Shown: positions 1 to 10,851 of the stretch, piece after piece
How positions within the stretch are numbered: the stretch's first letter is position 1
Layout of the letters: each line of letters begins with the position of its first letter
DNA from: Promethearchaeota archaeon
GTDB lineage: Archaea; Asgardarchaeota; Lokiarchaeia; Sigyniarchaeales; SOKP01
Reading direction: 5' to 3'
Length of the DNA stretch: 47,640 nt
Assembly: GCA_048941285.1 (NCBI GenBank)
Contig: JBHLNS010000026.1
Coordinates: forward strand, 1 to 47,640
Made by a program: the position numbers and the translations under genes
Notes under the pieces: generated by a model
The model's input: the letters and a program-made list of their open reading frames with translations, nothing else
Database searches by the model: none
Told to the model about the DNA's origin: nothing

Positions 1-28
1 TCTAAAATAATAATATTTAATAAAATAG

Positions 29-2371
29 TTATTTATTAAGAAATGATAAAGAAAGAGTTTCTTTAAGAATTTCAATTACCTTTTTAAAATCTTTTACCGG
101 GGCATCTACATCTTTTCCAAAATTGGGGTCTATTTTAATTGCTTTTTCGATATTTAAAATGGCATTATTATAATCTCTTTTATCAAAGTATGCTATTCCC
201 TTAAAGAACCATGCTTTCGCGAATTCAGGATTTATCTCAGTTGCTTTATTGTAACTCTCAATAGCTTTATCAAACTCGTTTCTGAGTTTGTGTACATTCC
301 CCAAATTGTACCAACCATCAGCAAAATTAGGGTCAATTTTTACTGAATTATTTATATTTTTAAGAGCATTATCATAATCTTCTTTAGCTTCATATGTCAA
401 GCCCATCCATTTCCATGATTCAGCGTGATTTTTATTATAATCAACAGCTTTCTGGAAATTTCCAATTGCTACATTATAATTTTTCTTATAGTAATAAATA
501 AGGCCAAGATGATAATACGCTTCAACAAATACATCATCTAACTCTAAAGCTCTCTTACATTGTTCGATGGCTTTATCATAATTTTTATTTTCAACTTCTA
601 ATTTTGCCCGATTTATAAGCCCTTTTTTATATGAGCTCTTAATTAAATCCTTGTTCTTAATATCTGGCGATTCCATCATTTCGTTGACTCTCAAGGCTTT
701 TTCATAAAATTTAAAGGCCTCGTCGTATTTTTTCGCGTCAGCCAATTGATTTCCTTGTTCAATTAATAATTTTATTTCTTCTGAATGGACTTCATCTATT
801 AATTGCTTAATCTTCGTCATTTCTGCTACTCTACGTTGAGGGTCATCTATAGATTGAGCATAATCTAATCGTTTTTTGAGTTTTTCTATTTCTTTTTCTT
901 TTAATTTCTGTTCTTCGGCTAATTCTCCTTTTCCTACCAATTGTTTTATTTCAGTTTCATAAATTAAACTTTTAATCTTAGCTACTTCTTTTTCCATTTC
1001 ACTAGTTAAATACATTTTGTTTGTCATAATTAATGCTTCATTATAAGATTCTATTGCTTTTTCGAACTCTCTTTGATCAACCAACTTATCAGCTTTATTT
1101 ACCACTTCTGAGACTTCAGCAAAATAAACTTTATTAACCAGGTTTTTAAGATTTTCTAACTCTGGATTTTTTTCTTCAGGATACGCCATTTTTTTAGCCA
1201 AACTTAAAGCAATATATAAATCGCTTACTGCTTCAACATATTTTTTTTGAACAATATATTGAATTGACTTATCTTTAATTACATTTATTCCTGAGAGGCA
1301 TGCATTATTAATTAGTTCATTAATTTGTTTGATTTGAATGTTCTTTTTTTCGGATGGGACCATTTTATTTACTAAATTTAAAGCTTGGGTGAAAATGTAT
1401 ACAGCCTCATTTACTAAAGTTATAGATTCTTCAAATTTATCTTTCTGGATAATATTTTTTCCTTTTTCAACTATTGGATCAATTTGATCAATATAAACAG
1501 GATTTAAGACTTCAGCAAGAAGACTTAATTCTAGTATTTTCAAATCAGAATCATACATTTTATTAGTGATTGATAACCCTTTATTAAACTCAGAAATGGC
1601 TTGTTCGGTTAAGTTCTGCGCTATTAAATCCTTTCCCTTCTTTAATAAAGGTTTAACTTGATTAGAGAGGATTTCATTAATCAAATTCTTGATAGTATCA
1701 ACTTGAGCTTTCTTTATATTTGGTTCGAAATAAATCTCAATCGTATCTAACGCTTCCTTGAAATAATTAATCGCTTCTTCATCCTTTCCGTCCTTTTTAA
1801 AGTTTTTGCCTTTTTCGATTGTCTCTTCAATTTGAGAGTCATAAATCTGAGCAAGTTCATTTTTAATTCTTCCAATACCTTCAGATCCAAGTTCTTTTTC
1901 ATAAATTTCCTCAGCAATTTTCAGAGCAACTTTAAAGAATTCAACAGCTTCATCTAATTGATCTTTACTTTTACTTTCTAATCCTTTCGCTAATAATTCT
2001 TCTATCTCATTCTCCCTTAATAATTTATTAATTTCATCAATTTCAAGAATCCTTAGAGCGGGATCGTAAATTTTCTCAACAATTTTAACTGCATTCAAAA
2101 ATTCCTCTTTTGCTTTATCAAATTTTCTTTGTGCAGTAAAATGGATTCCACCTTGAATTATATTGTCTACTTGGATAGAATAAGTTTGATTTATTGCATT
2201 TTTTATATTTTCTATTTCGGTTTTTTTATCTTCTTCTTCTTTAACCTTTAAATTAATAAATTCTAAAGCTTCTTGGAACTTTTTAATAGCTTTTGAGAAA
2301 TTATTTTTATCTTTAAGAGCATTAGCTTCTTCAATTATTTGATTTAATTTCTTCAAAATTGATGCTTTCAT
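29..2371 (-). CDS. Helical-repeat/TPR protein (about ten ~58-aa three-helix repeats, then ~5 canonical TPRs)
   Basis: C-terminal 34-aa TPRs (AYYHLGLIYY, GWYNLGNVH...KAIESYNKATEINP); N-terminal longer repeats G/A-x6-8-EA-x3-F-x2-AL. Confidence 0.85.
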   Translation of the reverse strand: MKASILKKLNQIIEEANALKDKNNFSKAIKKFQEALEFINLKVKEEEDKKTEIENIKNAINQTYSIQVDNIIQGGIHFTAQRKFDKAKEEFLNAVKIVEKIYDPALRILEIDEINKLLRENEIEELLAKGLESKSKDQLDEAVEFFKVALKIAEEIYEKELGSEGIGRIKNELAQIYDSQIEETIEKGKNFKKDGKDEEAINYFKEALDTIEIYFEPNIKKAQVDTIKNLINEILSNQVKPLLKKGKDLIAQNLTEQAISEFNKGLSITNKMYDSDLKILELSLLAEVLNPVYIDQIDPIVEKGKNIIQKDKFEESITLVNEAVYIFTQALNLVNKMVPSEKKNIQIKQINELINNACLSGINVIKDKSIQYIVQKKYVEAVSDLYIALSLAKKMAYPEEKNPELENLKNLVNKVYFAEVSEVVNKADKLVDQREFEKAIESYNEALIMTNKMYLTSEMEKEVAKIKSLIYETEIKQLVGKGELAEEQKLKEKEIEKLKKRLDYAQSIDDPQRRVAEMTKIKQLIDEVHSEEIKLLIEQGNQLADAKKYDEAFKFYEKALRVNEMMESPDIKNKDLIKSSYKKGLINRAKLEVENKNYDKAIEQCKRALELDDVFVEAYYHLGLIYYYKKNYNVAIGNFQKAVDYNKNHAESWKWMGLTYEAKEDYDNALKNINNSVKIDPNFADGWYNLGNVHKLRNEFDKAIESYNKATEINPEFAKAWFFKGIAYFDKRDYNNAILNIEKAIKIDPNFGKDVDAPVKDFKKVIEILKETLSLSFLNK

Positions 2372-2503
2372 TTTAAAATTTCAAATTTTTCCCTAATGAA
2401 TAATCCTAAGAATTATTTCATGTCTTTAATATTTTTCTTATAATCTTTTTATTTTTTAAAATGCTTGTAATAGATATCAAACAAAACAAATAAACATTTT
2501 AAA

Positions 2504-3082
2504 ATGACAAAAGAATATAAAGTGAAGGAGTATCCTACTATCGCTTGCTGTGGATTAGATTGTGGGTTATGTCCTGTTTATTACACTGAAGGACCTTCAA
2601 GATGTCCCGGTTGCTGTGGTCCTGATTTTCATGATAAGCATCCATCATGTTCAATAATCGTTTGTTGTGTAAAAAAGCACAGATTTGAAACTTGTGCTGA
2701 ATGTAATGAATTTCCATGCTTAAAAATAGATAAATGGGATAAATTTGATTCCTTTATCTCTCATCGCGTTTCTCTTTCAAATTTGAGGTTAATAAAAAAA
2801 ATAGGCATTGAGCAATTCTTCATTCAACAAAAGAAAAGAGTTGAAATACTTGAGATCATGTTAGAAAACTTTAATGATGGCAGATCTAAAAGCTTTTTTT
2901 GCATAGCTACAGCTTTACTTCCAATTGAAGATTTAGAAAAGTCATTGACAGATAGTTTAAAAAAAATTAAAGATGAAAAAATCGATTTAAAAAACCTAAA
3001 AACTAAGTCCAAAATCCTCAAAGAAAATCTTTCTAATTTAGCTGAGGATAAATCTATAATCCTTGAATTAAAAAAAAAATAA
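2504..3082 (+). CDS. DUF3795-like Cys-rich (Fe-S/Zn) protein
   Basis: ACCGLDCGLC, CPGC, CSIIVCC, TCAECNEFPC pattern. Confidence 0.75.
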   Translation: MTKEYKVKEYPTIACCGLDCGLCPVYYTEGPSRCPGCCGPDFHDKHPSCSIIVCCVKKHRFETCAECNEFPCLKIDKWDKFDSFISHRVSLSNLRLIKKIGIEQFFIQQKKRVEILEIMLENFNDGRSKSFFCIATALLPIEDLEKSLTDSLKKIKDEKIDLKNLKTKSKILKENLSNLAEDKSIILELKKK

Positions 3083-3138
3083 ATTTGTATTTACTTTTAG
3101 AAAATATTATTTTATGATTAATATGGAGTGAAAACTAA

Positions 3139-4716
3139 ATGAATATTTTTTACGGTGGACCGATTATTACTATGGATGAAACAAAACCAATTGTAGAAGC
3201 AGTGGGGATAAAAGGAGAGAAAATCATTGAAATTGGAACATTAGAACAAGTTATGAAAAACATGGGAAAAGATGCGAAATTAATAGATTTAAAAGGTAAA
3301 GCGCTCCTTCCTGGATTTATAGATTGTCATATGCATCCAATTTCATATATTATTTTATTATTAAATTATGATCTTTCAACTGTTAAAAGTGTAAAAGAAC
3401 TAAAGAGTATATTAAAGGAAGCAGCAGGTAATAAACCAAAAGGAGAAATCATTTTTGGATTGAGATTAAAAGAAGAGGAATTTGATATTCCAAGGTTACC
3501 TACTAGATGGGATTTAGATGAAGCTTGTCCAGAACATCCTGTGTTTATAATAAGGTATGATGGACATATTGGCATTGCTAACACAAAAACCTTGGAATTA
3601 ATTAATATTGATTCAAATACAACAGTTCCTGAAGGTGGTGAAATTCAGAAAAATGAAGATGGTGATATAACGGGTATTATATCAGAAAACGCTCTAGAAA
3701 TGTTTATTTCTAAACTCCTCAAATACCTGATTCCTAAACTTAACATATTGAAAGAATCTTCTGGAAAAACTTTTAAAGAATTTGCAGCAAATGGAATAAC
3801 ATCTATTCATGGTAATCTAGAGGTGGAAGGTGGGCGAATAGAAATATACAAATCAATTCAGAATAAAATATTTCAAAATTGGTATGCGATGATATCTACA
3901 GATAAGCCAAAGAAATTATTGAAATTAAAAAAGCCACCTTTGGATGGTGGGAAGAAAGATAGTAAATTCAAGGTAGGTACTTTGAAACTTTTTCTTGATG
4001 GAACTTTCGGGGCGAAGACAGCTTGTATGTGGGAACCCTTTTCTGATGCACCAGATTCATGTGGATTTTGTGTAGTTAATGAAGATGAGATTTATGAAAA
4101 AATGAAATTTGCGCACAACAATGGGTTCCAAATTGCAATTCATGTTATTGGAGATAAAGGCAATAGAATTTGCGTGGATTTATATAAAAAGCTTTTAACA
4201 GAATTTCCAAGAGATGATCATCGACATCGGATTGAACATGCTTCAATGTTAACAGATGATGTAATAAAAGACATGAAAAATCTTGGGCTTATTGCTTCAT
4301 GCCAACCACCTTTTATCAATTCTGAATATAACTGGTTAGAGAAAAGATTAGGAAAGGAGAGATGCAAATATACCTATCCTATGAAATCTATCATTGATGC
4401 TGAAATTATTTTAATTTCTGGTTCGGATTGTCCAGTTGAAGCCCCTAATGTGATCATGGGATTACACGCTTTAGTTAATCGTAATGGATTTGTTCCAGAA
4501 CAACGTATATCAATGATGGAAGCACTTAAAAGTTACACTATTAATGCCGCTTATGGTGCGTTTGAGGAGAAGGTTAAAGGAAGTATTGAAGTTGGAAAAT
4601 TAGCAGATTTGGTAATATTAGATAAAAATCCAATTGAAGTTGCATATGACAAAATAAGAGAAATTCAAGTAATAGAGACTATAATAAGAGGAGAATCAAT
4701 ATTCAAAAAATCTTAG
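3139..4716 (+). CDS. Amidohydrolase family 3 (YtcJ-like) metal-dependent hydrolase
   Basis: PGFIDCHMH, LKLFLDG, IHVIGD, RIEHAS, SGSDCPV, GSIEVGKLADLVILD. Confidence 0.92.
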   Translation: MNIFYGGPIITMDETKPIVEAVGIKGEKIIEIGTLEQVMKNMGKDAKLIDLKGKALLPGFIDCHMHPISYIILLLNYDLSTVKSVKELKSILKEAAGNKPKGEIIFGLRLKEEEFDIPRLPTRWDLDEACPEHPVFIIRYDGHIGIANTKTLELINIDSNTTVPEGGEIQKNEDGDITGIISENALEMFISKLLKYLIPKLNILKESSGKTFKEFAANGITSIHGNLEVEGGRIEIYKSIQNKIFQNWYAMISTDKPKKLLKLKKPPLDGGKKDSKFKVGTLKLFLDGTFGAKTACMWEPFSDAPDSCGFCVVNEDEIYEKMKFAHNNGFQIAIHVIGDKGNRICVDLYKKLLTEFPRDDHRHRIEHASMLTDDVIKDMKNLGLIASCQPPFINSEYNWLEKRLGKERCKYTYPMKSIIDAEIILISGSDCPVEAPNVIMGLHALVNRNGFVPEQRISMMEALKSYTINAAYGAFEEKVKGSIEVGKLADLVILDKNPIEVAYDKIREIQVIETIIRGESIFKKS

Positions 4717-4768
4717 CTAGTCTTATTTTTTAATAAATAAAGCAAAATAATTAACAATTTATAAAATA

Positions 4769-6043
4769 TTAAGCATTTACCACACGTTTATCTATGATGT
4801 AGAACAACGAGTAGAGAAAGAGAGCTAAAATACTAATACCTATTATTGAAAATAATATAATCCCCACAAAAGAATAATCAGGTGGAGGTTTATAAGTTGT
4901 TGGTATTAAGTAGATTATATTCTCGATCTGTGCTACTACATATTTACCATTAGCTGAGATACTCATCATTCTCAAATCCTCTCCAACACGATATGTCCAT
5001 AAGGGACTCTTGCTCGTGATACCGAAAAGAGATACTTTTCCATCACCACGTCCTACCGCAATATATTGTCCATCTGATGACATTGCTACCGTTTTTCGTA
5101 AATCTCCCCTAGAATATTTCCATAGAGGAATATTGCTTGTATTATTAAAAAGGTATATACTACCATCCCACAATCCACCAACAATAATATAAGACCCATT
5201 CGAACTGATTGCTAGTGAATAATAAGCACTCCCTGTTGAATAAGTCCATATAGGAGTGTTATTCGTATTACTGAAAAGATAAATATTATTATCATCACTT
5301 CCCGCAATAATATATTGACCATCAGACGAAATAGCTACAGATTCTATACTATTACCTGTTTCATAGGTCCATAAAGGAGTAGAATTGGTATTCTCGAAAA
5401 AATATACTATTTTATCTCTTCCTCCTGCAGCAATATACTTTCCATTGGATGAAATAGCTACGCATGTTATCCATTCCTCAATACTATAGTTCCATAAAGG
5501 AATAGGGCTAGTTTTGTTAAAAAAACAAACCTTACCATATCTTACTGATCCTTCTGCACCAGAACCACTTCCTGTTCCAGCAACGATATACTGTCCGTTA
5601 GATGAAATTGCTACCGAGTAGGGTTGAAAGGAGGATTCAAAGTGATGCCATAAAGGAGTAGAATTGTCTTTCTCAAAGAGACATGTCCATCTAGTGTCAC
5701 TCGCTGTAACAATATACTGCCCATCAGACGAGATCGAAACTGAGCGTATATTATTTCCTGGACCGCCAGAAGTATAATTCCATAGAGGAATCTGACTACT
5801 TTTATTAAAAAAATACAACATACACCCTCCTTCCGCGACAAAGTACTGTCCATCTGAGGAGATTTCCACATGATCAACGTTAATTCCTGCAATATAACGG
5901 CTTACCTTTTCATTTTTCTCATTGTCCGCTTCCTGTATGCCCCATCCATTCAAAATAAAAATGCTACCTCCATTAATAAATATAAGTTCACAGAAAAATA
6001 CCCAAAAAATAATATATTTTAAAATTTTGACTCTTCCCCTCAT
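4769..6043 (-). CDS. Membrane-anchored WD40-like beta-propeller surface protein
   Basis: ~8 repeats PLWxY...SVAISSDGQYIVAG; hydrophobic N-terminus and C-terminal TM (FVGIILFSIIGISILALFLY); AGGAG upstream of ATG. Confidence 0.85.
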   Translation of the reverse strand: MRGRVKILKYIIFWVFFCELIFINGGSIFILNGWGIQEADNEKNEKVSRYIAGINVDHVEISSDGQYFVAEGGCMLYFFNKSSQIPLWNYTSGGPGNNIRSVSISSDGQYIVTASDTRWTCLFEKDNSTPLWHHFESSFQPYSVAISSNGQYIVAGTGSGSGAEGSVRYGKVCFFNKTSPIPLWNYSIEEWITCVAISSNGKYIAAGGRDKIVYFFENTNSTPLWTYETGNSIESVAISSDGQYIIAGSDDNNIYLFSNTNNTPIWTYSTGSAYYSLAISSNGSYIIVGGLWDGSIYLFNNTSNIPLWKYSRGDLRKTVAMSSDGQYIAVGRGDGKVSLFGITSKSPLWTYRVGEDLRMMSISANGKYVVAQIENIIYLIPTTYKPPPDYSFVGIILFSIIGISILALFLYSLFYIIDKRVVNA

Positions 6044-6227
6044 AATTCTCTCCTTTTAGTTTTTAGAGTATCAAATGTTGTAAATTTAAAAGTATATATA
6101 AATCTAATAGGTGTAATTTTGCAAATATTTATCATCTTAATGATATTTAGCTTTAGAAACCTAAAAAGAAAATGCACTGAATTTTAATTTATTATAAAAG
6201 TGAGAAGGATTTGGAACTTTAAATAAA

Positions 6228-7391
6228 TTAATCAGTAAAGTAAAGATGCTCATCAAATCCAGTTTCAGCTATAAGATCCTGTCCTAGTTTTTGAATTGCT
6301 TTCTTAGTGGGATTCTCTAGTATACGTCTTGCTATATTAACGACTTTTGCTAATTTAACATCTGGAAACTCCCTTATTATTTGATCATAGCGCCCAAAGT
6401 TAATTCCTGCTGTATATACGCCTGTACTTCCATGACCAGCTGCGCTACTTGTTTGCCAATGCTCAACTTTTACTTCAATATTAGACATAAGATGAGAGCA
6501 AAAGAACCATTCTAAATAAAGACTCATTCTTTTTGATTTCCTCTTTGTATCTTTCAACATTTTAAAAGCACGGTTTAATCGATCAGGATGGATTTGCCTA
6601 AATACTCTTTCATAATTATCATTCATGTTGTCTTTAACATGATCTTTTATAAGTTGCATTATTTCTTCAACTTTCTTAGCTCTATCTCCTGAAATTTCTT
6701 GTTGTATAGCTTGTACATGTTGTTCGATAGCATTTTGGGTTTGTTGGCTCCTATCAATAGAAGCTGATTGAGTACTTGCAGACTGTTGAGCTCTTGATGG
6801 AGTTGTGCTTCTTGGTTGGATTTCTGCGGGTACACTATAAATCTCTTTAGGTTGTAAAGTAAATAAAGTGTCTAATTTTGAAGGGTCTTCTCGAACCTCT
6901 TTAAATTTCTCCTGTATCTCTTGGCTAGAATATCCAATTGATTGTAAATAAAAGCCAGCACTGGATAGTTGGTTTTCTAAGGTAGACGATGTACCGTGTG
7001 AAGCCCCAAACTCCTTTTCTATTTGTTCATCTGCTATCTTACTGATTTTAGATTCCTTTATCTGATTCAGGTTCAATGAACCTAATTTTGTTAGAATATA
7101 TTGAATCTGATTATCCATTAAATAATTTAAATTACCCGTAGGACCGATCATAAAAGAAATTTTTTCCATTTTCTTAAGGATATCAGCAAGATCTTCTTGG
7201 CCCTTCCCTTTTGAAATTATTAGGAAATGTTCTAAGAAATTCTTATCAAACCCAGCAATAATTCCTAGATATTTTTCATCATATTTATTTAGATGCCTTT
7301 GCAATTGATTTCCTTGAAGATCTGAAGGTAAATTGATCTGATATACCATAATATTGTCCATAATCATATAAATATAGTCTGATTTTTGCAT
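6228..7391 (-). CDS. Hypothetical protein with central S/T/Q-rich linker
   Basis: 387-aa ORF, no recognised motif; start uncertain (several Met near the N-terminus). Confidence 0.7.
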   Translation of the reverse strand: MQKSDYIYMIMDNIMVYQINLPSDLQGNQLQRHLNKYDEKYLGIIAGFDKNFLEHFLIISKGKGQEDLADILKKMEKISFMIGPTGNLNYLMDNQIQYILTKLGSLNLNQIKESKISKIADEQIEKEFGASHGTSSTLENQLSSAGFYLQSIGYSSQEIQEKFKEVREDPSKLDTLFTLQPKEIYSVPAEIQPRSTTPSRAQQSASTQSASIDRSQQTQNAIEQHVQAIQQEISGDRAKKVEEIMQLIKDHVKDNMNDNYERVFRQIHPDRLNRAFKMLKDTKRKSKRMSLYLEWFFCSHLMSNIEVKVEHWQTSSAAGHGSTGVYTAGINFGRYDQIIREFPDVKLAKVVNIARRILENPTKKAIQKLGQDLIAETGFDEHLYFTD

Positions 7392-7481
7392 AGGCTTCTA
7401 TAAGTATGGGTAATTTAACACTAAAAAATTCATATTCTTAATAATAAAATAAATTCTATTCTTAAATACTTTACATTAAAG

Positions 7482-7967
7482 TTATTCTCGATATTTATTA
7501 GCTATTTTTCGTGCTAATTCCATTTGTTCCTTTGTTTCTAGGCTACAAGGTCGTAATTTTCGAATCCATTTAACCGGATCCATTCCATATGGAATATAAT
7601 CATTAAACGCAGCCCATGCTACAATCATTATACCACTTCTTCCACAACCTGCTACACAATGCACTACAATTGGATTTTTATTATTTCCAAATCTAGTTGT
7701 TATATCTAAAAAATTATTTAACTGAGACTCTGTAGGAGTACCATAATCGGGTATATTTATATGAAAATATTGAAAATATACTGGTACTTCTTTCCTATAA
7801 TCAAATTCGGAACAATTTATTATGACTTTAATACCTTCTTCCTTATATTTTTCAAATAACGATCCACCTGGCCACCAGGAAACTGCAATTTTATTCTTCA
7901 CAATCCAAGTAAATGGAGTAGTTTTTTCAGGCATTCCGTTCTTAGGCCAATACCAAGGGTGAACCAT
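7482..7967 (-). CDS. Dual-specificity protein phosphatase (CDC14/DUSP23-like)
   Basis: Catalytic CX5R loop VHCVAGCGRSG, general-acid loop IPDYGTP, C-terminal RPCSLETKEQ. Confidence 0.92.
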   Translation of the reverse strand: MVHPWYWPKNGMPEKTTPFTWIVKNKIAVSWWPGGSLFEKYKEEGIKVIINCSEFDYRKEVPVYFQYFHINIPDYGTPTESQLNNFLDITTRFGNNKNPIVVHCVAGCGRSGIMIVAWAAFNDYIPYGMDPVKWIRKLRPCSLETKEQMELARKIANKYRE

Positions 7968-8208
7968 AAAATCAACAAAGATTTTTAAATCTATATAATT
8001 TTTTCTTCAACTTATTAATTAAAAAGCCCTATTTAATGTAAAGTTTAGGTCTAATCATTAATGCTGTTTATCATACTATTTTTGTAAGCTCCTTAAATTT
8101 ATTAAGTACAATCGAAGAAATAGTGTTATATAAAAAAGATGATAATAATTATTTTTCTTGATGTTTGATTAATAAATATTATAAATCTAAATAGTAGGTA
8201 GAATAAAA

Positions 8209-9069
8209 TTGAGTAAATACTATTATCCGATTATTTTATACCTAGCAGTGGTTATCCCTAATTTCCTTTTTCAAATCATTGCACTTGGAGCTGAAGGTAC
8301 AACAGATCTTACATATCTAATACCATTCCAGAGTTTAATTATCGATGCTGCCTACGGGGCTTTCTTATCACCTTTGATTATGATAATTTTAATACAATGC
8401 TTTTCTGTTTTACTGTCAGTATTTTTCTTAAAATTGCATAATTTTCTGAAGTTGAATCGATATAATTATTATATATTAAAAGAAAATTATATTAAATTAA
8501 GCTATTGGAGCATAACAAAAAGAGTTCTTCTCTTAGGTTTTTTCGGCTTTAGTATAGGGATATTTTTATCTCAAATCATACCTGCCGATATCATTATAGC
8601 ACCTTCACCATCAGTCTATGAAGCACCATCTCCTTTTCTTAAAGCATCAACTACTAGTAGTTTCATTCTCCCATTTTTGATTTTAATTATGGAACCAATT
8701 TGGCTACTGAGAGATTCGAGCATTCTCTGTTCATTGAAGGAAGAAAAAAGGAAAAAAGAGAAAAGACTTTTACCCGATATTGAAGGGATCTATCATTATT
8801 TCCAAAGTAATTTTTCGGGGTATGTAGGAATTGGGGCAATAATCGCGATAATCCTATTAATGTATGGTGCCATACAAAATTTACACCCTGAACTGGGAGA
8901 ACTTGCTGATATTCCTGGAATTATATTTAATCCTTTTATGCTTTCTATTGTTTCATTACCAGCCTTAATCTTCCATGAATTAAGATTAAAATACTTACGG
9001 AGAAAATTAATAAGTAAGTTGTCGCAAAAAGGAATTAGGTTTATCGAGAAAGTTCAAGATATAATTTAA
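8209..9069 (+). CDS. Hypothetical integral membrane protein (~6 TM)
   Basis: Multiple hydrophobic segments; TTG start. Confidence 0.7.
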   Translation: MSKYYYPIILYLAVVIPNFLFQIIALGAEGTTDLTYLIPFQSLIIDAAYGAFLSPLIMIILIQCFSVLLSVFFLKLHNFLKLNRYNYYILKENYIKLSYWSITKRVLLLGFFGFSIGIFLSQIIPADIIIAPSPSVYEAPSPFLKASTTSSFILPFLILIMEPIWLLRDSSILCSLKEEKRKKEKRLLPDIEGIYHYFQSNFSGYVGIGAIIAIILLMYGAIQNLHPELGELADIPGIIFNPFMLSIVSLPALIFHELRLKYLRRKLISKLSQKGIRFIEKVQDII

Positions 9070-9210
9070 AAAATTTATTTAAATTTTATGGATGTTAAGA
9101 AATATCTAAATATGAATGATAAACTATTCAATTGGCATTTATTATGAAATTAACTAAAATATTTAGGGCAAGAAACAATATTTAAAAAATATATTTATAT
9201 TTAAAATATT

Positions 9211-9741
9211 ATGAACCTTTGGAAAGATATTCCCCCAGGAGATAAACCCCCTGTTATTTTAAACGCAGTTATTGAAGTAATAAGCGGATCCAGAGATAAA
9301 TACGAGTATAAATCAGAATGGGAAGCATTCGTATTGGATCGAGTTATTCCTTCATCAGTAATTTTTCCTGTTGAATATGGTTTCATTCCACAAACGTGGT
9401 CAGATGATGAAGATCCTCTTGACATAATGATATTGAGTTACGAACCCCTCGAAGTGGGATGCATAGTAAAAGTTCGATTGATAGGTGCTCTAATTATTGA
9501 AGATGAACATGGGGATGACCCAAAAATTCTTTCTGTTTTAATTAACGATGCCAGGTTTAGTGGATATAATGAAATTAAAGATGTCCATAGTCACAAACTA
9601 AAGGAAATTCAAGAGTTCTATGAAACATATAAAAGATTAGAACCACATAAATGGGTTAAATTTAAAGAATGGCTGAACGTTGAGGATGCAAAAGAAATTG
9701 TTAGTTATTCAATCAAACTCTTTAAAGATAAGTGGTTATAA
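9211..9741 (+). CDS. ppa: Inorganic pyrophosphatase (family I)
   Basis: KYEY, LDR, YGFIPQT, DEDPLD, DDPKIL motifs. Confidence 0.96.
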   Translation: MNLWKDIPPGDKPPVILNAVIEVISGSRDKYEYKSEWEAFVLDRVIPSSVIFPVEYGFIPQTWSDDEDPLDIMILSYEPLEVGCIVKVRLIGALIIEDEHGDDPKILSVLINDARFSGYNEIKDVHSHKLKEIQEFYETYKRLEPHKWVKFKEWLNVEDAKEIVSYSIKLFKDKWL

Positions 9742-9768
9742 TAGATAAGATAGATTAAATATCGACTC

Positions 9769-10239
9769 ATGGTAGATAAAGAAAAATTAACAGCATTTGA
9801 TACAAGAAAGTACCCCATACGTCCTCATATTGGTGTAGGTGTTTTATTATTACGGGATAATCATTTACTTTTAGTCAAAAGGAAATTTGCTCCAGATGCG
9901 GGATATTGGAGTATTCCTGGAGGGCATTTAGATCTTGGAGAAAAATTAGAAATTGCTGCAGTAAGAGAGACTCTTGAGGAAACTGGATTTAAAGTAAAGG
10001 TTTCAAAATTAGCTGGTATTATAGATAAAATTATGTATGATGCCAGTGGAAAAATTGAATTTCATTATGTTTTAATCAACTATTTTGTAGAAGAAATAGA
10101 AGGAGATAAGAATCAATCACCTAAGGCAGCAGATGATGCTCTAGAAGCTAAATTTGTTCCTTTTGAAGAATTAAAAGACTATAAATTAACCTTATCTTTA
10201 ATTGAACTTCTTAAACAATTAAAAATCGGGTTTAGCTAA
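9769..10239 (+). CDS. NUDIX hydrolase (ADP-ribose pyrophosphatase-like)
   Basis: Nudix box GGHLDLGEKLEIAAVRETLEETG. Confidence 0.92.
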   Translation: MVDKEKLTAFDTRKYPIRPHIGVGVLLLRDNHLLLVKRKFAPDAGYWSIPGGHLDLGEKLEIAAVRETLEETGFKVKVSKLAGIIDKIMYDASGKIEFHYVLINYFVEEIEGDKNQSPKAADDALEAKFVPFEELKDYKLTLSLIELLKQLKIGFS

Positions 10240-10380
10240 AGAATTTTGAATAAATGATTATTTAGGCTCATATTTTTCTTTTTACATATTTTCTCGTATA
10301 TGATAGAGATGTAAATGTTTAAATGATAATCCCTCATAATTAGAGTTACAAAGAAATCTAATATTAATAAATTCAAGAAG

Positions 10381-10719
10381 GTGATTATTATAACAATATT
10401 ATTTTCTAAAAATTGGTTTCCTGCTGATCAAGCAAACAAAGTTGCGAAAAGATACATTGATTGGTTAAAAGATAATCCACCTGATAAAACAATTGAGACG
10501 AATGTTCGTATAGGTGTTTTATCCGATGAAAACGGAAATATTCTAGCAATAAGTATGGCCGATGTAGCAAAAGGAAAGGAAAAAGAAGCTCTGTATAATG
10601 TTACTAAACAGAATGTATTTATGGCTGCAGGTATCGAAGGATTTAAATACAAATCAGAAATAATTCTAGACTTTCAAGAGGCATATAAGATTCTAAATAT
10701 GACCGCACCAGAAGTGTAA
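10381..10719 (+). CDS. Small hypothetical alpha/beta protein
   Basis: 112-aa ORF with typical coding composition, followed by T-rich tract. Confidence 0.65.
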   Translation: MIIITILFSKNWFPADQANKVAKRYIDWLKDNPPDKTIETNVRIGVLSDENGNILAISMADVAKGKEKEALYNVTKQNVFMAAGIEGFKYKSEIILDFQEAYKILNMTAPEV

Positions 10720-10851
10720 AAAATAATTAATTTATTATTTTTTTAATTTTGAGATTTCTAATTCTATGGCTATTCCTAGAAGGTTATTTTTAATTCATAA
10801 AACAAAAGAATATAATTTTAACATTATTATTTTGTCATAGAGTACATTTTA

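Noticed and set aside
4900-5900. CRISPR-like or DGR-like DNA repeats
   Set aside because: The repeats are degenerate codon-level copies of WD40 blades, with no identical repeats or spacers and no reverse transcriptase nearby
10720-10851. TPP riboswitch upstream of thiC
   Set aside because: Region is extremely AT-rich and lacks the conserved UGAGA and CUGAU/AGCG core or any stable stems
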